NCBI GenBank assembly: GCA_964016885.1
Contig: OZ024755.1
Location: 23,808,001 to 23,872,000 of the forward strand
Direction of reading: 5' to 3'
Length of the DNA stretch: 64,000 nt
DNA from: Eledone cirrhosa
Lineage: Eukaryota
Part shown: positions 13,080 through 26,162 of the stretch, in pieces
Numbering within the stretch: position 1 is the stretch's first letter
Layout of the letters: the number at the start of each line of letters is the position of its first letter
Program-made: the position numbers and the translations under genes
Notes under the pieces: generated by a model
What the model saw: the letters and a program-made list of their open reading frames with translations, nothing else
Databases searched by the model: none
Told to the model about the DNA's origin: nothing

Positions 13080-13787
13080 TGATAAAAATCAGTGTTGTAA
13101 CAACTGAGATATTTATCCTCTCAAGGAAGCCTATGGAGTGTACTCTACATGAAAGTGGCATTCCACTGAAGCAGGTGGAGAATTTCAAGTATCTCAGGGC
13201 TTTTCTTTTTAGAGATGGAAAGCTGGAGGCTGAATTAAGTGCAAGAATTTCAGAAGCTAGTGCAGTAATTTGCTAACTTCAGCATTTGGTAATCAGAAGA
13301 AGGGAGGTAGGTGTAAAAGCCAACCTCACTATTTTCAATTCAATATTCTTGCCAAGCCTTACCTATGGACATGAATCTTTGGTAATGACTGAAAAAATAT
13401 GATTGTGAATACAAGTGGCTAAAATGAGGTTCCTCTGAAGGGTCTTTGGAGTAGCGTTACTCAATAGAGTGTGTAGCTCAGAGATCAGAGAGTCACTCCA
13501 GGTAGAGCTGTTACTTCTTCGAATTGAGAGTTCACAGCTCTGATACTATGGGCATGTGGTTAGAATGTTTCAGAAAAGAATTGCTGGGCAGATTTTACAG
13601 GCAAAACCAACTGGCAGGAGACTCAGAGGTCATTTCCAAGCAAGATGTTTGGACAACATCCATGAGCTGGGCTGGTCTTGCTTGGGTAGATCGTTGCTTC
13701 TGACAGGACTCGCTGGAAGGCATGTTGGAGGACTCTGCATCTTCCCAAGAATAAGTGGGAGGAGGGGGATTAGAAGAAGAAGAAGAA
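13080..13787 (+). mobile_element. RTE LINE 3' part, second family, (GAA)n tail
   Basis: VENFKYL, YGHVVRM and KPTGRRLRG motifs with stops; GAA tail; related fragments recur through the window. Confidence 0.85.
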
Positions 13788-14224
13788 GTAGCAGTATCAG
13801 CAGCAGCAGTAGTAGTAGTAATTTTGTCTATAGATCTATACAGTTTTTTTTTCAGATAGATAGAGCTGTCAAAAAAATTTTTTCCCAACTAAATTTATAA
13901 GTTTCTTTTCTTTTTAATTACCTATTAATAAACTTAACTTTTCTCCTTGTAAAATTATTTTTAAAAAATCAATTAACATTTCCTTCCTACTTTACTTATT
14001 ATATAAAGAAAGCTACGCAAAATAGATGTTCTACTCATTTGTGTAATCTAATATATTGTAATGTTTTCTCTTTCTGTATACATTCTCTCACTACATATAT
14101 TTACATGCATGTATATTTAGCTGGTGAGTCTGTTATTAATTTGATACTGAACTTCCATATTTTCAAATAACATGTTCAGTTAGTAGACTCAAGTATATTA
14201 TAATACTTATATTAAGAGTGTGAA

Positions 14225-14500
14225 CGTATGTGGTTTAGCGTTTAGAGTGTTGGTTTTACAATTATGTGTTTTTGAGTTTGATTGTCAGACAGGGTGGTGC
14301 ATTGTCTCCTAGAGCAATACACTTTATTTCATGTTCCTCCAATTCACTCAGCTGTAAAAAATAAGTTGCAGCATTACAGGTGCCAAACTGTATTGACCTT
14401 TGACTTTCCCTTGGACAACATCTGTGGCATGGAGGACTGTTGATCTTCCACAAAACCACCTTCCCTGGCCTTGTGCCTTGAAGAACTTTCTATGTGTAAA
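14225..14500 (+). mobile_element. tRNA-headed SINE, diverged (like 22150-22480)
   Basis: A-box-like tggtttagcg, gagcaatacactttatttc body, ttcccttggaca..catc..tggcatgga tail. Confidence 0.6.
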
Positions 14501-14517
14501 ACCTAGGGAGAAACAAC

Positions 14518-14822
14518 TTAAACAACACCAGTTTTTTTGACTAGTGTAAACATAAATTGCCCTAAGATTCAGTACTGTGGGATTAAACTTCAAACCATAT
14601 AGTTATGAACTGAATTTTTTAATCATACAGCCATGCCTGCTACATCTTTAAACAACACCAGTTTTTAGACTAGTGTTAACAAATGCTGACACACACATAC
14701 ACACATATAGTATGGTCTTCTGTGGAATATATTTCCCTAAGTTTCAGTACTGTGGGATTTAATTTCGAACCACATAGTTATGACCTGAATTTTTAAATCA
14801 TACAACCATGCCTGCTGCATCT
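14518..14822. repeat. Local tandem duplication, two ~130-170 bp units
   Basis: ttaaacaacaccagttttt..gactagtgt..cagtactgtggga..ccatgcctgct occurs twice. Confidence 0.8.
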
Positions 14823-14826
14823 ATAA

Positions 14827-15034
14827 CCCTTTAGCATTTACATTACTTTATATTTTCACAGAAAAGGCTTTATCTTACATAATTATCTCACATAATATTG
14901 AATCTATGAGATTTTGATATTATTCATTTTGAGAACAATACCTTAACATCAGTATGCATGGCCGATTACAGCCGGTTTGAACAGAAAGAGGTGAGAGAAT
15001 TCTGGCCGGATACAGTCGGTTTAAATGCTAAAGG
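14827..15034. mobile_element. piggyBac-like MITE copy
   Basis: TIR and family body. Confidence 0.8.
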
Positions 15035-15668
15035 AATAAACATGTTTTCTAACAGTTAAAGCATGTCTTTGAGTGAGTTTCCAATCTATTGCTGATTCCA
15101 TTACTATAAGAATATAATTTTTTCTTCTTTTCTATTTCATTACTGTCAGTTTGCCAGAAGTTCTATTTTACCTTTCATGCACCCATTGACGTACTTACAT
15201 AGTGTTGTGATAAAGAAAGTTCCAAATATAATCCTTTAATCAATTTAAAAGAGATATATATCACCAGCAGTCATAGCTAGCCTGGTACTGGAAGATGTAA
15301 GGGACATAACTGAATTTACAGATAAACATCTCTTTCCGCAATCTTTCTCTCGAGCATTTAGTAAACTGTTAATACCTCTGTATGTATAGATTAATACACA
15401 AATTATACATTCTTTATCAATGTTTACCGAGTACATTAAGATATACAACCTATTTGCTTCTTTTTACTAGAAACAGTTACAATATTAAGCAGTTCAATTT
15501 TCAAGCAGACAAAGAGATGCACCGATAAGCATATTGGTCAATTACTGATTAATCAGCCGATACTGATTAATTGGCCATGCAGTATTGGCTGATAGTGGTT
15601 AATCGGCTGCCAATTATATAATGTAATTCTGCATTGTGATATGAAAATACATATCATTATTAATTGTA

Positions 15669-16380
15669 AGGCGGTGGATTGGCAGTATCGGTAGAGGGTC
15701 GGATGCCATGCTTTGCAGTATAGAGTTATGGCCCTTGCCATTCTGAGTTCAAATCCCGCCACAGTTAACTTTGCCTTTCATCCTTACGGGGTCGATAAAA
15801 TAAAGTACCAGTAATTCACTGGGTAATTGCTGGCCTTGTGCCAAAAGTAGAAACAATTATTAATTGTAAGAAAAGGGAGGTAGATTGGAAATACTGGTAG
15901 AGTGTCGGACACCTTGCTTCATGGCATAGAGTTACGGTCCTTACATATACGTGGCTGAGTATTCCACTGACATATGTATCCTTGATGTAATTCTCATGCA
16001 GAATCTCAGTGATACAGGGTGTAACAAAGTTGAACCTTTGAATTATAGTCTCAATCAATCTTTTATTATTGTGAAACTGACTGAGTATTCCACAATCATA
16101 TATACCCTTAACATAGGTAAAATCTACGTGATGCAGTGCATGACTTTGCTGTCCCTTTAAATTATAGGCACAGCCATCTTTTATTATGATGTAAGTGGCT
16201 AGGGCAATGGATTGGCAAAATCGGTAGAGCGTCGGATACCATGCTTCACGGCATAGAGTTACGGCCCTTTACGCTCTGAGTTCAAATCCTGCCAAGGTTA
16301 GCTTTGCCTTCCATCCTTACGGGGTCGATAAAATAAAGCACCAGTAATACACTGGGGTAGATTTAATCGACTTTCCTCTT
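15669..16380 (+). mobile_element. SINE cluster: family A at 15669-15860 and 16200-16380 plus other SINE fragments
   Basis: A/B boxes and family core; 15950-16045 matches the tail of the 23365 SINE. Confidence 0.8.
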
Positions 16381-16557
16381 CCAGTGATTAGTACCAGACC
16401 TAACATAACTGTTGAAGCTTAAGGCCATTTTTTCCAAATATAAATATATAAATTAACATGCATCGTTGATCAAAGAAGATCCAAAATAAATTTGCTGACA
16501 TCATACACCTGATGAAAGTTGTAAAGAAATAGATTACTATTTATTATTATGTGTGGT

Positions 16558-16861
16558 CAGGGTTGGATTTAGACCTTGAGGAGCTCGGGGCACTTCAAGT
16601 TTGGGGGGAGCCCCTCATACGCAAAAAATTAAAATACACAGCAAACCCACCAATTTTACATATCAAAGTTAACTTGGCACAAGTAACTGGAATTGAAAAG
16701 TTATACATACAGGTATTAAATTCAAAAATTCTAACCATTCTAAAACTAAAAAAGCCCAGCTGAGGGCACAAATACATTGCTACGGCCTTCGCTGGTGGGG
16801 CCTCCCACTGTAGGGAGCCTGGGGCAATTGTTCCCTTTGCCTCCGATTAAATCTGGTCCTG
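16558..16861. mobile_element. Probable hAT-type MITE
   Basis: Imperfect TIR CAGGGTTGGATTTA / TAAATCTGGTCCTG with GC-rich subtermini; no TSD seen. Confidence 0.55.
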
Positions 16862-17592
16862 TATCATTATCATCACCATTTAGTATTCATTTTCCATGCT
16901 TGCACGGGTTAGACGGGTTGTCCATGCAGGGAGGCATGTCTGGCCAGATTTGGCAATGCCATACCTTGCTCCAACAAGGACTGTAAATTTAGCCGGGTCT
17001 TTTACAGCTGGATGTCCTTCTTAACACCAACCACAATTACAGTGTGGAACTCGATGGCTCTGTTATGAAGAGGGACAGGCTAGTTGGCCTATAGTTTTGG
17101 AGCCCAACCCACCTCACAGCGGAACCATAGTTTTGGAGCCCGACCCATATCACAGTGGAACCATAGTTTTGGCGCCCAGTACTGGATGGCACCGATACAA
17201 GGATATCTGTGGTAGTAAAATGGAATTTACTCAAGAGGTTAGAATATCTTAATTTGTTTAGATTAACACATTTTCTAGCAGTTGACAACTTGTTACTTTT
17301 TAGAAATAGGAGCAATATTTATTAAGAATCATAAATAAATTTACCGTAATCTAATATTTCACAAGTCTTACGTTACTGTTATAACTGATGTCATTACTGT
17401 TATAATTACTGCTGCTATTGATGGTGTCAGTACTACTTACTCTGTTGCTATTATTACCACAAACACTATCAGCATTATCTTTAGTTCTTACCACTTCTTT
17501 ATTTACTGACAGTTCCAAGAAGATCAAAAAAGCCTGACTTTAAGCAGTTCAGGCTCAGTTCATACACACTAGTGATTTTGCCAGTCAATATT

Positions 17593-18185
17593 CATCATCA
17601 TCATCATCATCACCGTTTTATGTCCGTTCTTCCACGCTAGCATGGGTTAAACGGGTTGTCCTGTTGTGGGCAGTGTCTGGTCAGCTGACCATGCCTTGCT
17701 CATACAGGAACTGATTTGGCTTGATTTCTACAGCTGGATGCCCTTCCTAACACCAACCTCATTTACAGTGAGTGCTGGGTACTTTTTTCCGTGGCGCCTA
17801 CACGTCCACTTTACAGTGTGGGCTGGGTGCTTTTTTTTCCGTGGCACCTCCACGACCACCTTGCGGTGGGGGGTGTGGGGGCATATTGTCTATATGCTTC
17901 AGCTTGTACCCATGGGAGGTCGGGTACTCTGTATTACTGCGTGACGCCAGGAGTCACGGTCGTGTGTCATTGTCTTTGAGAGGTGTAATTGGGTAAGGTC
18001 GGCTTTTATCACCTCATCCCAGGTCATCTTGGGTCTCCCCACTCCGCGGTTTCCATCAACTTCTAGTGCTCTGCACCTTTTTATGCAGCTATCATCCTTC
18101 ATACACATCACATGTCCATACCAGCGCAACCGCCTCTCCTGCACACAGCATTTGATTCCTCTTATGCTCAGTCTCTCTCTCAATT
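17593..18185 (-). mobile_element. RTE LINE 3' end including 3' UTR and (ATG)n tail
   Basis: ORF 17899-18183 RRLRWYGHVM..GRPKMTW, then a UTR shared with SINE family B. Confidence 0.88.
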
Positions 18186-18472
18186 CATATATAAGAAATA
18201 TAAACTAATAGGAAATACACAAGGGAACAATTAAAATATATAACTAACTGACAACCATATGTTGTTTACAACAATAAGTCAATGCTCAAGTATCAAAATA
18301 CAATTAGTTAATTTAACTGTCATTGCTCTAATGATTTATGATTTAGGCACAAGGTCGACAATTTTTGGGGGAGGGAAAGTTGATTAAATCAGATCCAGTA
18401 CATTTTTAACCTTGCATTTTAAGTTTTGATTTAAATTTATTCATATATACATTTGTATAATTTGTGTATTTA

Positions 18473-18642
18473 CCATATTTCCCGGCACCGAAGACACTTT
18501 GTCCTCGAGGACGCACCCTAATTTTGACAACCAAAAATTTGAAAAAAAAAAATAAAAGCAACCTTCGGCCTCCAGGACGCATGTTAGATTTTTGAGACTT
18601 ATTTTATGAAAAAAGTAGCGTCTTCGATGCGGGGAAATATGG
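18473..18642. mobile_element. pogo/Tc2-like MITE
   Basis: TIR CCATATTTCCCGGCACCGAAGAC / GTCTTCGATGCGGGGAAATATGG flanked by TA. Confidence 0.8.
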
Positions 18643-18736
18643 TAGTTTCAAAATCCATTTTTTTCACATATTCATCAAATCAAAACCTTTAATACGACTA
18701 AATTTCAAGAGATAATACAGTAAATATTTTACTCAC

Positions 18737-18806
18737 TCTCTTCAGGACCTTCAGTGTCTGGAACTTCCTTAGAATCCTTTCTTTTAATTAAACTGCCTTT
18801 CTTTGA
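18737..18806 (-). CDS. Internal coding exon of an unidentified host gene (SKKGSLIKRKDSKEVPDTEGPEE + 1 nt)
   Basis: Acceptor tattatttcag, donor gtgagt, 70 nt open in phase 0 to 1; continues the frame of exon 40014-40166. Confidence 0.75.
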
Positions 18807-18832
18807 CTGAAATAATAATAAATAAATATATA

Positions 18833-19310
18833 ATAATAATAATGAAATTATTGTGTACAGTGCTCAGGTGCACTACAACTCATCAAAGGTGCATGTATAG
18901 TACATAGAATAATGTACAAATGTCAGGAAAATGAAGAGTGTACGAGTCATGAAATAGATGTGTGCATGTGTATGGAAGGGGAACATCAGGTGTAGAGTTG
19001 GCGAAACTCAGGAAGCATGGAGGTTTTAAAGGATGCAGTGTCTCGACAGCTAACAACTGATGCAGGTAGTTTGTTCGATGCTTCAACAACTCTGAGTGTG
19101 AAAAAAATGTTTCCAAAAGTCATGGGGACTGTGCTGATTTCTGACTTTGTGGGCATGCCCACGTGTGTTAGACACATGGAAATCAAAAAGGTGCTCAGGG
19201 TTGTTGTTGGCAAGATGGTTAATAATTTTGTGGGTGTTTACCAAGTCAGTTGCCAGGTGTCGGAGCTTCAATGTATCCATGCCCAGGGAAGCAAGGCGTT
19301 CAGAGTATGA
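18833..19310 (-). mobile_element. CR1-like LINE 3' end with (TTA)n tail
   Basis: LRHLATDL..TRGH..FFTLRVVEA.NKLP..FK C-terminal motif; other copies at 20150-20700, 59300-59780 and 60826-60945. Confidence 0.8.
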
Positions 19311-19372
19311 AATAGATGTATGTAAAAGTCCACAAAAACTTTTTCTTTATATGAGTATATGTAAATATTAAT

Positions 19373-19717
19373 GGAGGCACATGGCTTAGTGGTTAGAGCA
19401 TTGGCCTTGCAATCGAAAGGTTGTGAGTTCAATTCTCAGACCGGGTGATGTGTTGTTTCCTTGAGCAAGACACTTTATTTCACATTGCTCCAGTTTACTC
19501 AGCTGTAGAAATGAGATGATAGGGACTGGGGTCCCTATCATTCCACTGCAAAGTGGTCGTGGAGGTGCCACGGCAAAAAAGCATCCAGCACTCACTGTAA
19601 ATGAGGTTGGTGTTAGGAAGGGCATCCAGCTGTAGAAATCAAGCCAGAATCAGATCCCGTCCCACCCTTGCAAGCAGGGAAAAAGCGGACGTAAAATGAA
19701 ATGATGATGATGATGAT
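19373..19717 (+). mobile_element. SINE family B: tRNA head + V/CORE-like body + RTE-derived tail
   Basis: A box TGGCTTAGTGG, B box GAGTTCAATTC, ccttgagcaagacactt body, (ATG)n tail; near-identical to 27115-27457. Confidence 0.9.
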
Positions 19718-19902
19718 GTATGAGAGAGGAGGGAGAATGAAAAGTGAAAATAAAAATGTGTAGAAGACCCCAAGTGGTAATTGGTGGTAGTAGGAAATTG
19801 AATATGGAAAGAGCCAGTGACATTTCTTGTTACATATGCAGCATGGTACAGAGAATACGAGGGAAGGATAGAGTATCAAAGGGGCAGTAGTTTGAAATTT
19901 AA

Positions 19903-20700
19903 TAATGGTTTCTTATATAGGCACAAGGCCAGAAATTTTTGGGGAAGACGGAAGTCGATTAAATCGACCCCAGTGCGTGACTGGTACTTTATTTTATCGA
20001 CCCCGTAAGGATGAAAGGCAAAGTTAACCTTGGCGGGATTTGAACTCAGAATGGAAAGGGCCGTAACTCTATGCTGCAAAGCATGGCGTCCGACCCTCTA
20101 CCGATACTGCCAATCCACCGCCCTCAGTTTTAAACTTAATAATAATAATAAAAATTATTGTGTACAGAGCTCAGGTGCACTACAATTCATCAAAGGTGCA
20201 TGTATAGTACATAGAATAATTGTTTCTACTTTTGGCACAAGGCCAGCAATTACCCAGTGCATTACTGGTACTTTACTTTATTTTATCGACCCCGTAAGGA
20301 TGAAAGGCAAAGTTAACCTTGGCAGGATTTGAATTCAGAATGGAAAGGGCCGAAACTCTATGCTGCAAAGCATGGCGTCCAACCCTCTACCGATACTGCT
20401 AATCCACCATGGCTGTACGAATAATGTAGAAAGTCAGGAAAGTGAACATTGTATGAGTCATGATATACACACAGACACACACACACATACATGTGTGCCT
20501 GTGTGGATGGGGAAGTATCAAGTGTTGGCGAATTTCAGGAAGCATGGAAGCTTTGAAGGATGCAGTGTTCTGACAGCTAAGAACTGATGCAGGTAGTTTG
20601 TTCCATGCTTCAGCAACTCTCTGAGCGTGAGAAAATGAGTCTGAAATACATGGAAGCTGTACTGTTTTTTGATTTTGTAAGCCTGTCCACGGGTGTTAAC
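19903..20700 (-). mobile_element. Two SINE A copies (19903-20123, 20218-20409), the second nested in a CR1-like 3' end
   Basis: CR1-like sequence stops near 20217 and resumes near 20415. Confidence 0.8.
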
Positions 20701-21149
20701 ATGAATATAATATTATAGAAAAGAGACCCAATGGAAATATATTATATAGCCCAAACTCCACTTTTTTAATGACAATTTTGACATGCTTACACTATCCAGA
20801 TGTCAGTAACATAAGATATTTACACCTGACTTTAATTGAATGTATATTGTTGTACATTTTTACAGACATAAAGAAGACAGCTGAAGAGTACTTCAAAGAA
20901 ACTAATGCTGGGACCTACATTCTTGTATCTGCTGCTTTTCATCTAAGTTGATATTTTTCCTCAGTCGTATTACAGTAAATGAAATTTGCATGGTAGATAT
21001 TAGATATTAAGCAATCAACAAAAAGATGTGTCAGGCTTCTTATCACTAATAATGATCTTTGAATCGATACAAATGTTAATTACAAATAGAAAAGAACTTC
21101 AATAATTTCTATTTTTCATTAGTTAGTCAGTTCTCATAACCTAAGCATT

Positions 21150-21500
21150 TCTTAGCTGATGAGACTGATATGGATGATGTTTAGCTTGAACTTCTGTATA
21201 TAAATATGTGCTGGAAAGACATGACAGGAAGATTACTGTTCTGTGAAGAAATAAATGAACAAATGTTCAATATGTGTGAAAAACTATGAATAACGAGAGG
21301 TGAAGAGACTAGTATGTAGAGGGAAATATTAGGGTGGGTACACACAATCTGCAATTTCAAATGAGAAGCCATTGTTATGTATGGTAGCAAAAAAATTCAT
21401 AAATACAGGAACCATTCATTGATGAATGTAAAAGTGGTAATAACTCCAGACCAGATGAAAAATGTTGGCTTTATCTCAGACAACTCATTAAAACTGTTGA
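21150..21500 (-). pseudogene. Possible highly decayed Penelope-like RT remnant
   Basis: Only faint motif traces (RPIIS-, SLYT-like) in broken frames; similar traces at 22750-23300 and 38850-39300. Confidence 0.3.
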
Positions 21501-21578
21501 TACCAAATCACCTGAATTTGCCCTTGTTCTAAGATACAAAACTGTTTCATTATAATTTTATGTAAGAACGTTTCTTAA

Positions 21579-21767
21579 CCCTTTAACATTTACATTACTA
21601 TTATATTTTCACGGTAAAGGCTTTTTCTCACATAATTATCTCACATAATATGAGATTTTGATGATGATATTATTTATTTTGAGAACCTTAATGTCAATAG
21701 TGGCCAGTTATGGCAGAAAGAGGTAAGAGAATTCTGGCCAGATATGGCTGGTTTAAATGCAAAATGG
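21579..21767. mobile_element. piggyBac-like MITE copy
   Basis: TTAA on both sides, internal deletions. Confidence 0.8.
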
Positions 21768-22149
21768 TTAAGTTATGTTCAGAAATTGATAATTAGAAAG
21801 TTAGTTATATTATTAAATCCTTCCAAATTCTTGATTATTTTCATAATTATATGAAGATCATATGCAGTGTCTTTCATTAGAAATATGGTAATGAAATGGT
21901 TATGTATTGTAGTTAAATATACAGGGCAAGGATAAAGTCTTCGAAACCACAAAACACACTGTGCTTTTTGTTTCATAGATGCTATTTTGTTATTGAAAAT
22001 TACAACTACTTCCTGTAGAAGAGAAAATGTAAAAGATGTTCAGAAAAACCTTAAATTTATAAACCAAAACAATGAGAAAGTAAAATCTCAAATAGTATCC
22101 GAGATATGGTATTTTATAATCAGGGAAAGACTATGTTCACGCTGTATAT

Positions 22150-22480
22150 TTATGCATGGCTTAGTGGTTTGAGCATTGGGCTTGCAATCGAAAGGTTCTG
22201 TGTTCAATTCTAGGACCGGGTGATGCGTTGTGTCTTTCAGCAAGACACTTTATTTCACGTTGCTCCAGTTTACTCAACTGTAGAAACGAGTTGCAATGTC
22301 ACTAGTGTCAAGCTGTATCAGCCATAGCCTTTCCCTTGGACATCATCAGTGGCATGGAGAGGGGAGATTGCTATGCATGGGTGACTGCTGGTCTTCCACA
22401 AACAACCTTGCCCAGACTTGTGTCTCGGAGGGAAACTTTCTAAGTGCAAATACCATGGTCATTCATGACCGAAAGGGATC
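22150..22480 (+). mobile_element. tRNA-headed SINE sharing head/body with family B but with a different tail
   Basis: tggcttagtgg..caagacactttatttcacgttgctccagt, then a tail ending gtcattcatgaccgaaagg. Confidence 0.8.
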
Positions 22481-22518
22481 AAAGAAGAGGCTTGGTATAT
22501 ACATGTACTTGTACTGTA

Positions 22519-22690
22519 TATAATTGTTTCTACTTTTGGCACAAGGCCAGCAATTACCCAGTACATTACTGGTACTTTATTTTATCGACCCCGTAAGGAT
22601 GAAAGGCAAAGTTGACCTCGGCGGGATTTGAACTCAGAATAGAAAGGGCCGTAACTCTATGCGTCAAAGCATGACATCCGACCCTCTACT
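22519..22690 (-). mobile_element. SINE A, slightly 5'-truncated, with TSD
   Basis: tacttgtactgta duplicated at both ends. Confidence 0.85.
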
Positions 22691-23364
22691 TGTACTGTAC
22701 ACGTATATAATGAACTTACAAGCATCAGAACAAAATAAATGAACAAAATCAATCTATAAATAAAGTACTTGTTTATCAAAACACCCACTCTTTACCTCTA
22801 AAGAAATCATAGGCCTGTGCCAACTTGGGCTAGCTGTTCCCCATTTCTGTTTTTGTCTGAGAGTGAGTCTTTGCTAATCAGTCAGTGTTGTTCTCCAATG
22901 TATGTCACACTTGAACTTTGTAGAAGTTCAACAACTGATCAAAACTAAAATATTTTGGGGTCTGAGAGGAAACTTATTTTTTCAGTGAAGTTTTCTTACT
23001 GTTATATGTATGAAGTGTTGAAAGATGATCGGATGTTATAAGAAATAATACTTGTAGCAATTTGGGAGTTCAGGTGTGTGTTGTTGTTGTTGTTCTTCTT
23101 CTTATGTTATAAACCTTTCACAATATAGTAATTGTGTCTTGGTGTTGTTGATGCAGACTTGGTTGTCATGCTCTATTGAAAGATGTTTCAAGGTATCAAA
23201 CTATTGATTAGTATAGGACTGAAATGATGTGTCTGAGTTCCAGATGGATGATGTATTTTTTATGTTGACAGTTAAAGACTGAAGGCTGACCTATGCACAA
23301 GAGTGTGTATGTGTGGAGAGAACTAAAAGAAAACATTCATTTGTGTAACAGAAGGGAAAGAAGG

Positions 23365-23693
23365 GAAGGCACTCTGTCGGTTACGACGATGAGTATTTCA
23401 GATCCAGATGATCCGATCAATGGAACAGCCTGCTTGTGAAATTAACACCTAAGTGGCTGAGCATTCCACAAACATGCATACCCTTAAGTAGTTCTCAGGG
23501 AGATTCAGCGTGACACAGAATGTGACAAAGCTGACGCTTCAAATTTCAGGTACAACTCATTTTTGCCAGCTGAGTGGACTGGAATAATGTAAAATAAAGT
23601 GTCTTGCTCAAGGACACAATGAGCTGCCGGGAATCGAACTCATGACCTTACAATCATGAGCCAAATTCCCTAACCACAAAGCCATGTGCCTTC
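23365..23693 (-). mobile_element. tRNA-headed SINE with a third tail type
   Basis: B box GAGTTCGATTC on minus strand, ccttgagcaagacact body; related copies at 34725-35010 and 63690-63900. Confidence 0.8.
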
Positions 23694-23995
23694 ACTATGT
23701 AACAGAAAGAAGGGTGTAGAAAATGCCAAAACTTGGATTACATCAGAATTGACAGAGTTCTGTGTCAACCTATACTGCAATGATGTAGTTAGATAAGAAA
23801 CTTTCCACCCATAGGCAAGTAACTCATATCAGACAAAACCAAAGAATTTGCCATGTCAAGAGTAACTAAATTTCTTTTGATAAAGTTTTCAAAGCCTTGT
23901 TGTGTGATGGAAGAGAATAAAACTTTACAGATTTGGCTGCTAGGAAACTCTATAGTGGTCAACATTGAGGAGATAAAAAGAATCGATGAAGGAAG

Positions 23996-24125
23996 GTGTG
24001 TGTGTGTGTGTGTATGAGTATGTGTGTGCATGTATGCATGTGTATGTATGTGTATGCGTGTGTGCATGTATGTGTATGCGTGTGTATGCATGCATGTGTG
24101 TGTATGTGTGTGAGCGTGTGTATGT
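23996..24125. repeat. (GT)n-rich compound microsatellite
   Basis: Seen directly. Confidence 0.9.
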
Positions 24126-24194
24126 ACAAGAAATTAAAGCTGTCAACACACAGTAAGTCACAACCTATGTATTTTTGTTGAAACCTACATATAA

Positions 24195-24641
24195 TCTCCT
24201 TATAATATATAACCAGCAATTTCTCTGTCTGTCTGTCCGACAGTGGAAACACGTGCGTGCGTGCGAATGTTTTTTGCGCACGCGTAGAGAGAGAGTGAGA
24301 GTGAAAGAAAGAGACAGACTACGAGAGGGGGATAGCGGGAGGGAGAGAGAGAGAGTGAATAGGCGCTAAAACACGTGCGCGCGTGCGAATGTTTTTTGCG
24401 CACGCGTAGAGAGAGAGTGAGAGTGAAAGAAAGAGACAGACTACAAGAGGGGGATAGCGGGAGGGAGAGAGGGGGGAATTGAGGAGTGCTACAGAAACAT
24501 ATATACATTTCTGTGTGTGTGTAATATATATATACACACACAGAAATATATATATATACACACAGAAATATATATACATTTCTGTGTGTGTAATATATAT
24601 ATATATACACACAGAAATATATATACATTTCTGTGTGTGTA

Positions 24642-24672
<31 letters not shown>

Positions 24673-24860
24673 GAAATATATATACATTTGTGTGTGTGTA
24701 ATATATATATATATATATACACACACAGAAATATATATACATTTCTGTGTGTGTAATATATATATATATATATACACACACAGAAATATATACACATTTC
24801 TGTGTGTGTAATATATATATATACTAGCAGAAAACCACCCGATGGGCGGTTTTCTGCTAG
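24195..24860 (+). mobile_element. Non-autonomous Helitron-like element with internal repeats
   Basis: A|TC start (tctccttataatatataa..tgtctgtctgtc), CTAG end preceded by a hairpin, no TSD; internal ~120-bp duplication and palindromic minisatellite. Confidence 0.6.
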
Positions 24861-25107
24861 TCTATATATATAAAAACGAAAATGTCTGTCTGTCTGTATC
24901 CTGGCGATGCATTCCCACAATTTTCATCCAATTTTGTTCGAATTTAATACATAGATTATTTAGCTCCCAGAGCATGTCAACATATCTTTCTCTCCCCTAA
25001 AATAGAGTTCAGAGGCCATGTGAAGATGGCCTTGTTGAGGAGAGGAGGGGGGGTCTTTATTTACAGTGGCGACAGGTGTGCTTGACAATGACAGGCTCTT
25101 TTGCTAG
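24861..25107 (+). mobile_element. Non-autonomous Helitron-like element
   Basis: Starts TCTATATATATAAAA..tgtctgtctgtctg, ends CTAG|T. Confidence 0.7.
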
Positions 25108-25347
25108 TATATAATAAAATCCATATCTAAACCCATGACGATGATATGAGTCTTTGATCTTTTACTAGTTTCAGTAATTGGTCTTCAACAGCTTTTAATC
25201 ATATCGACCCCAGGACTTATTCCAGTCTGGTACTTATTTTATCATTCTCTATTATCAACTATTTTGAAACCACACTAATTGTAACACTGGTAAACATAAA
25301 TAAGGGGAGGACATGCCTATGTATTGCATATGCCAAATTCCACTTAA

Positions 25348-25564
25348 CCCTTTAGTATTTAAACCAGCCATATCTGGCCAGAATTCTCACCTGTTTCTGT
25401 TCAAACCGACTGTGACCAGACACTCATACCACCCTTATGGTATTGTTCTCAAAATAAATAACATCAAAATCTCATAGATTCGATGTTATGTGAGATAATT
25501 ATGTGAGGTTTGGCCTTTACTGCGAAAATCCAATAGTAAATATAAAATAATGTATGCTAAAGGG
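25348..25564. mobile_element. piggyBac-like MITE copy
   Basis: TTAA on both sides. Confidence 0.85.
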
Positions 25565-26162
25565 TTAAAACTATTGGTCATCCTAAAGCTACAGTAAAAA
25601 GTATTTATCCAAGGAGTCACACATTAGGATTGAATCTGGAACTATGTAGTTGCAAAGCAAACTTTTTAACCACATGACTGTGCTTCAGCTGTCTAATTTT
25701 TTTTTATCATATGTTTATTATACGATCATAATCAACATGAAAACAAACTTAAATAATTATAATAATCCATATTAGATAGAGCTAAGAACTAATTACGCAT
25801 AATTTTGTTAAAGTAATTTATCACCTGTTCATGGAAAGAAAAGGAAATTATTTTACTTTGTTTCAACACCTTTTATTTAATAACATAATTATTATTGTTA
25901 TATCAATATAGTTATTAAATCATTGTATCAAATTAATCATTATAGAATTATTATACAAATATTTTCATAATTTATTCCATTAATTTGATATTTCTATAAA
26001 TGCTCAGTTCTTAGAAATAGTTTTACCTCTTTGTTTATTTGATTTCCTTACCTATTGGTATTAATTACCCTATCAAAAACATCAATTAATTTCATAACTA
26101 CAGAAAATGCAACATGTAACTGTCCATAACTAAACACTGGTTGTGGAAAGTAAATTCCTATC

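Noticed and set aside
19373-19445. tRNA gene
   Set aside because: A/B boxes belong to a SINE head that continues into body and tail; no convincing cloverleaf or terminator.
24200-24920. Long ORFs on both strands
   Set aside because: Low-complexity TA/CA repeats.
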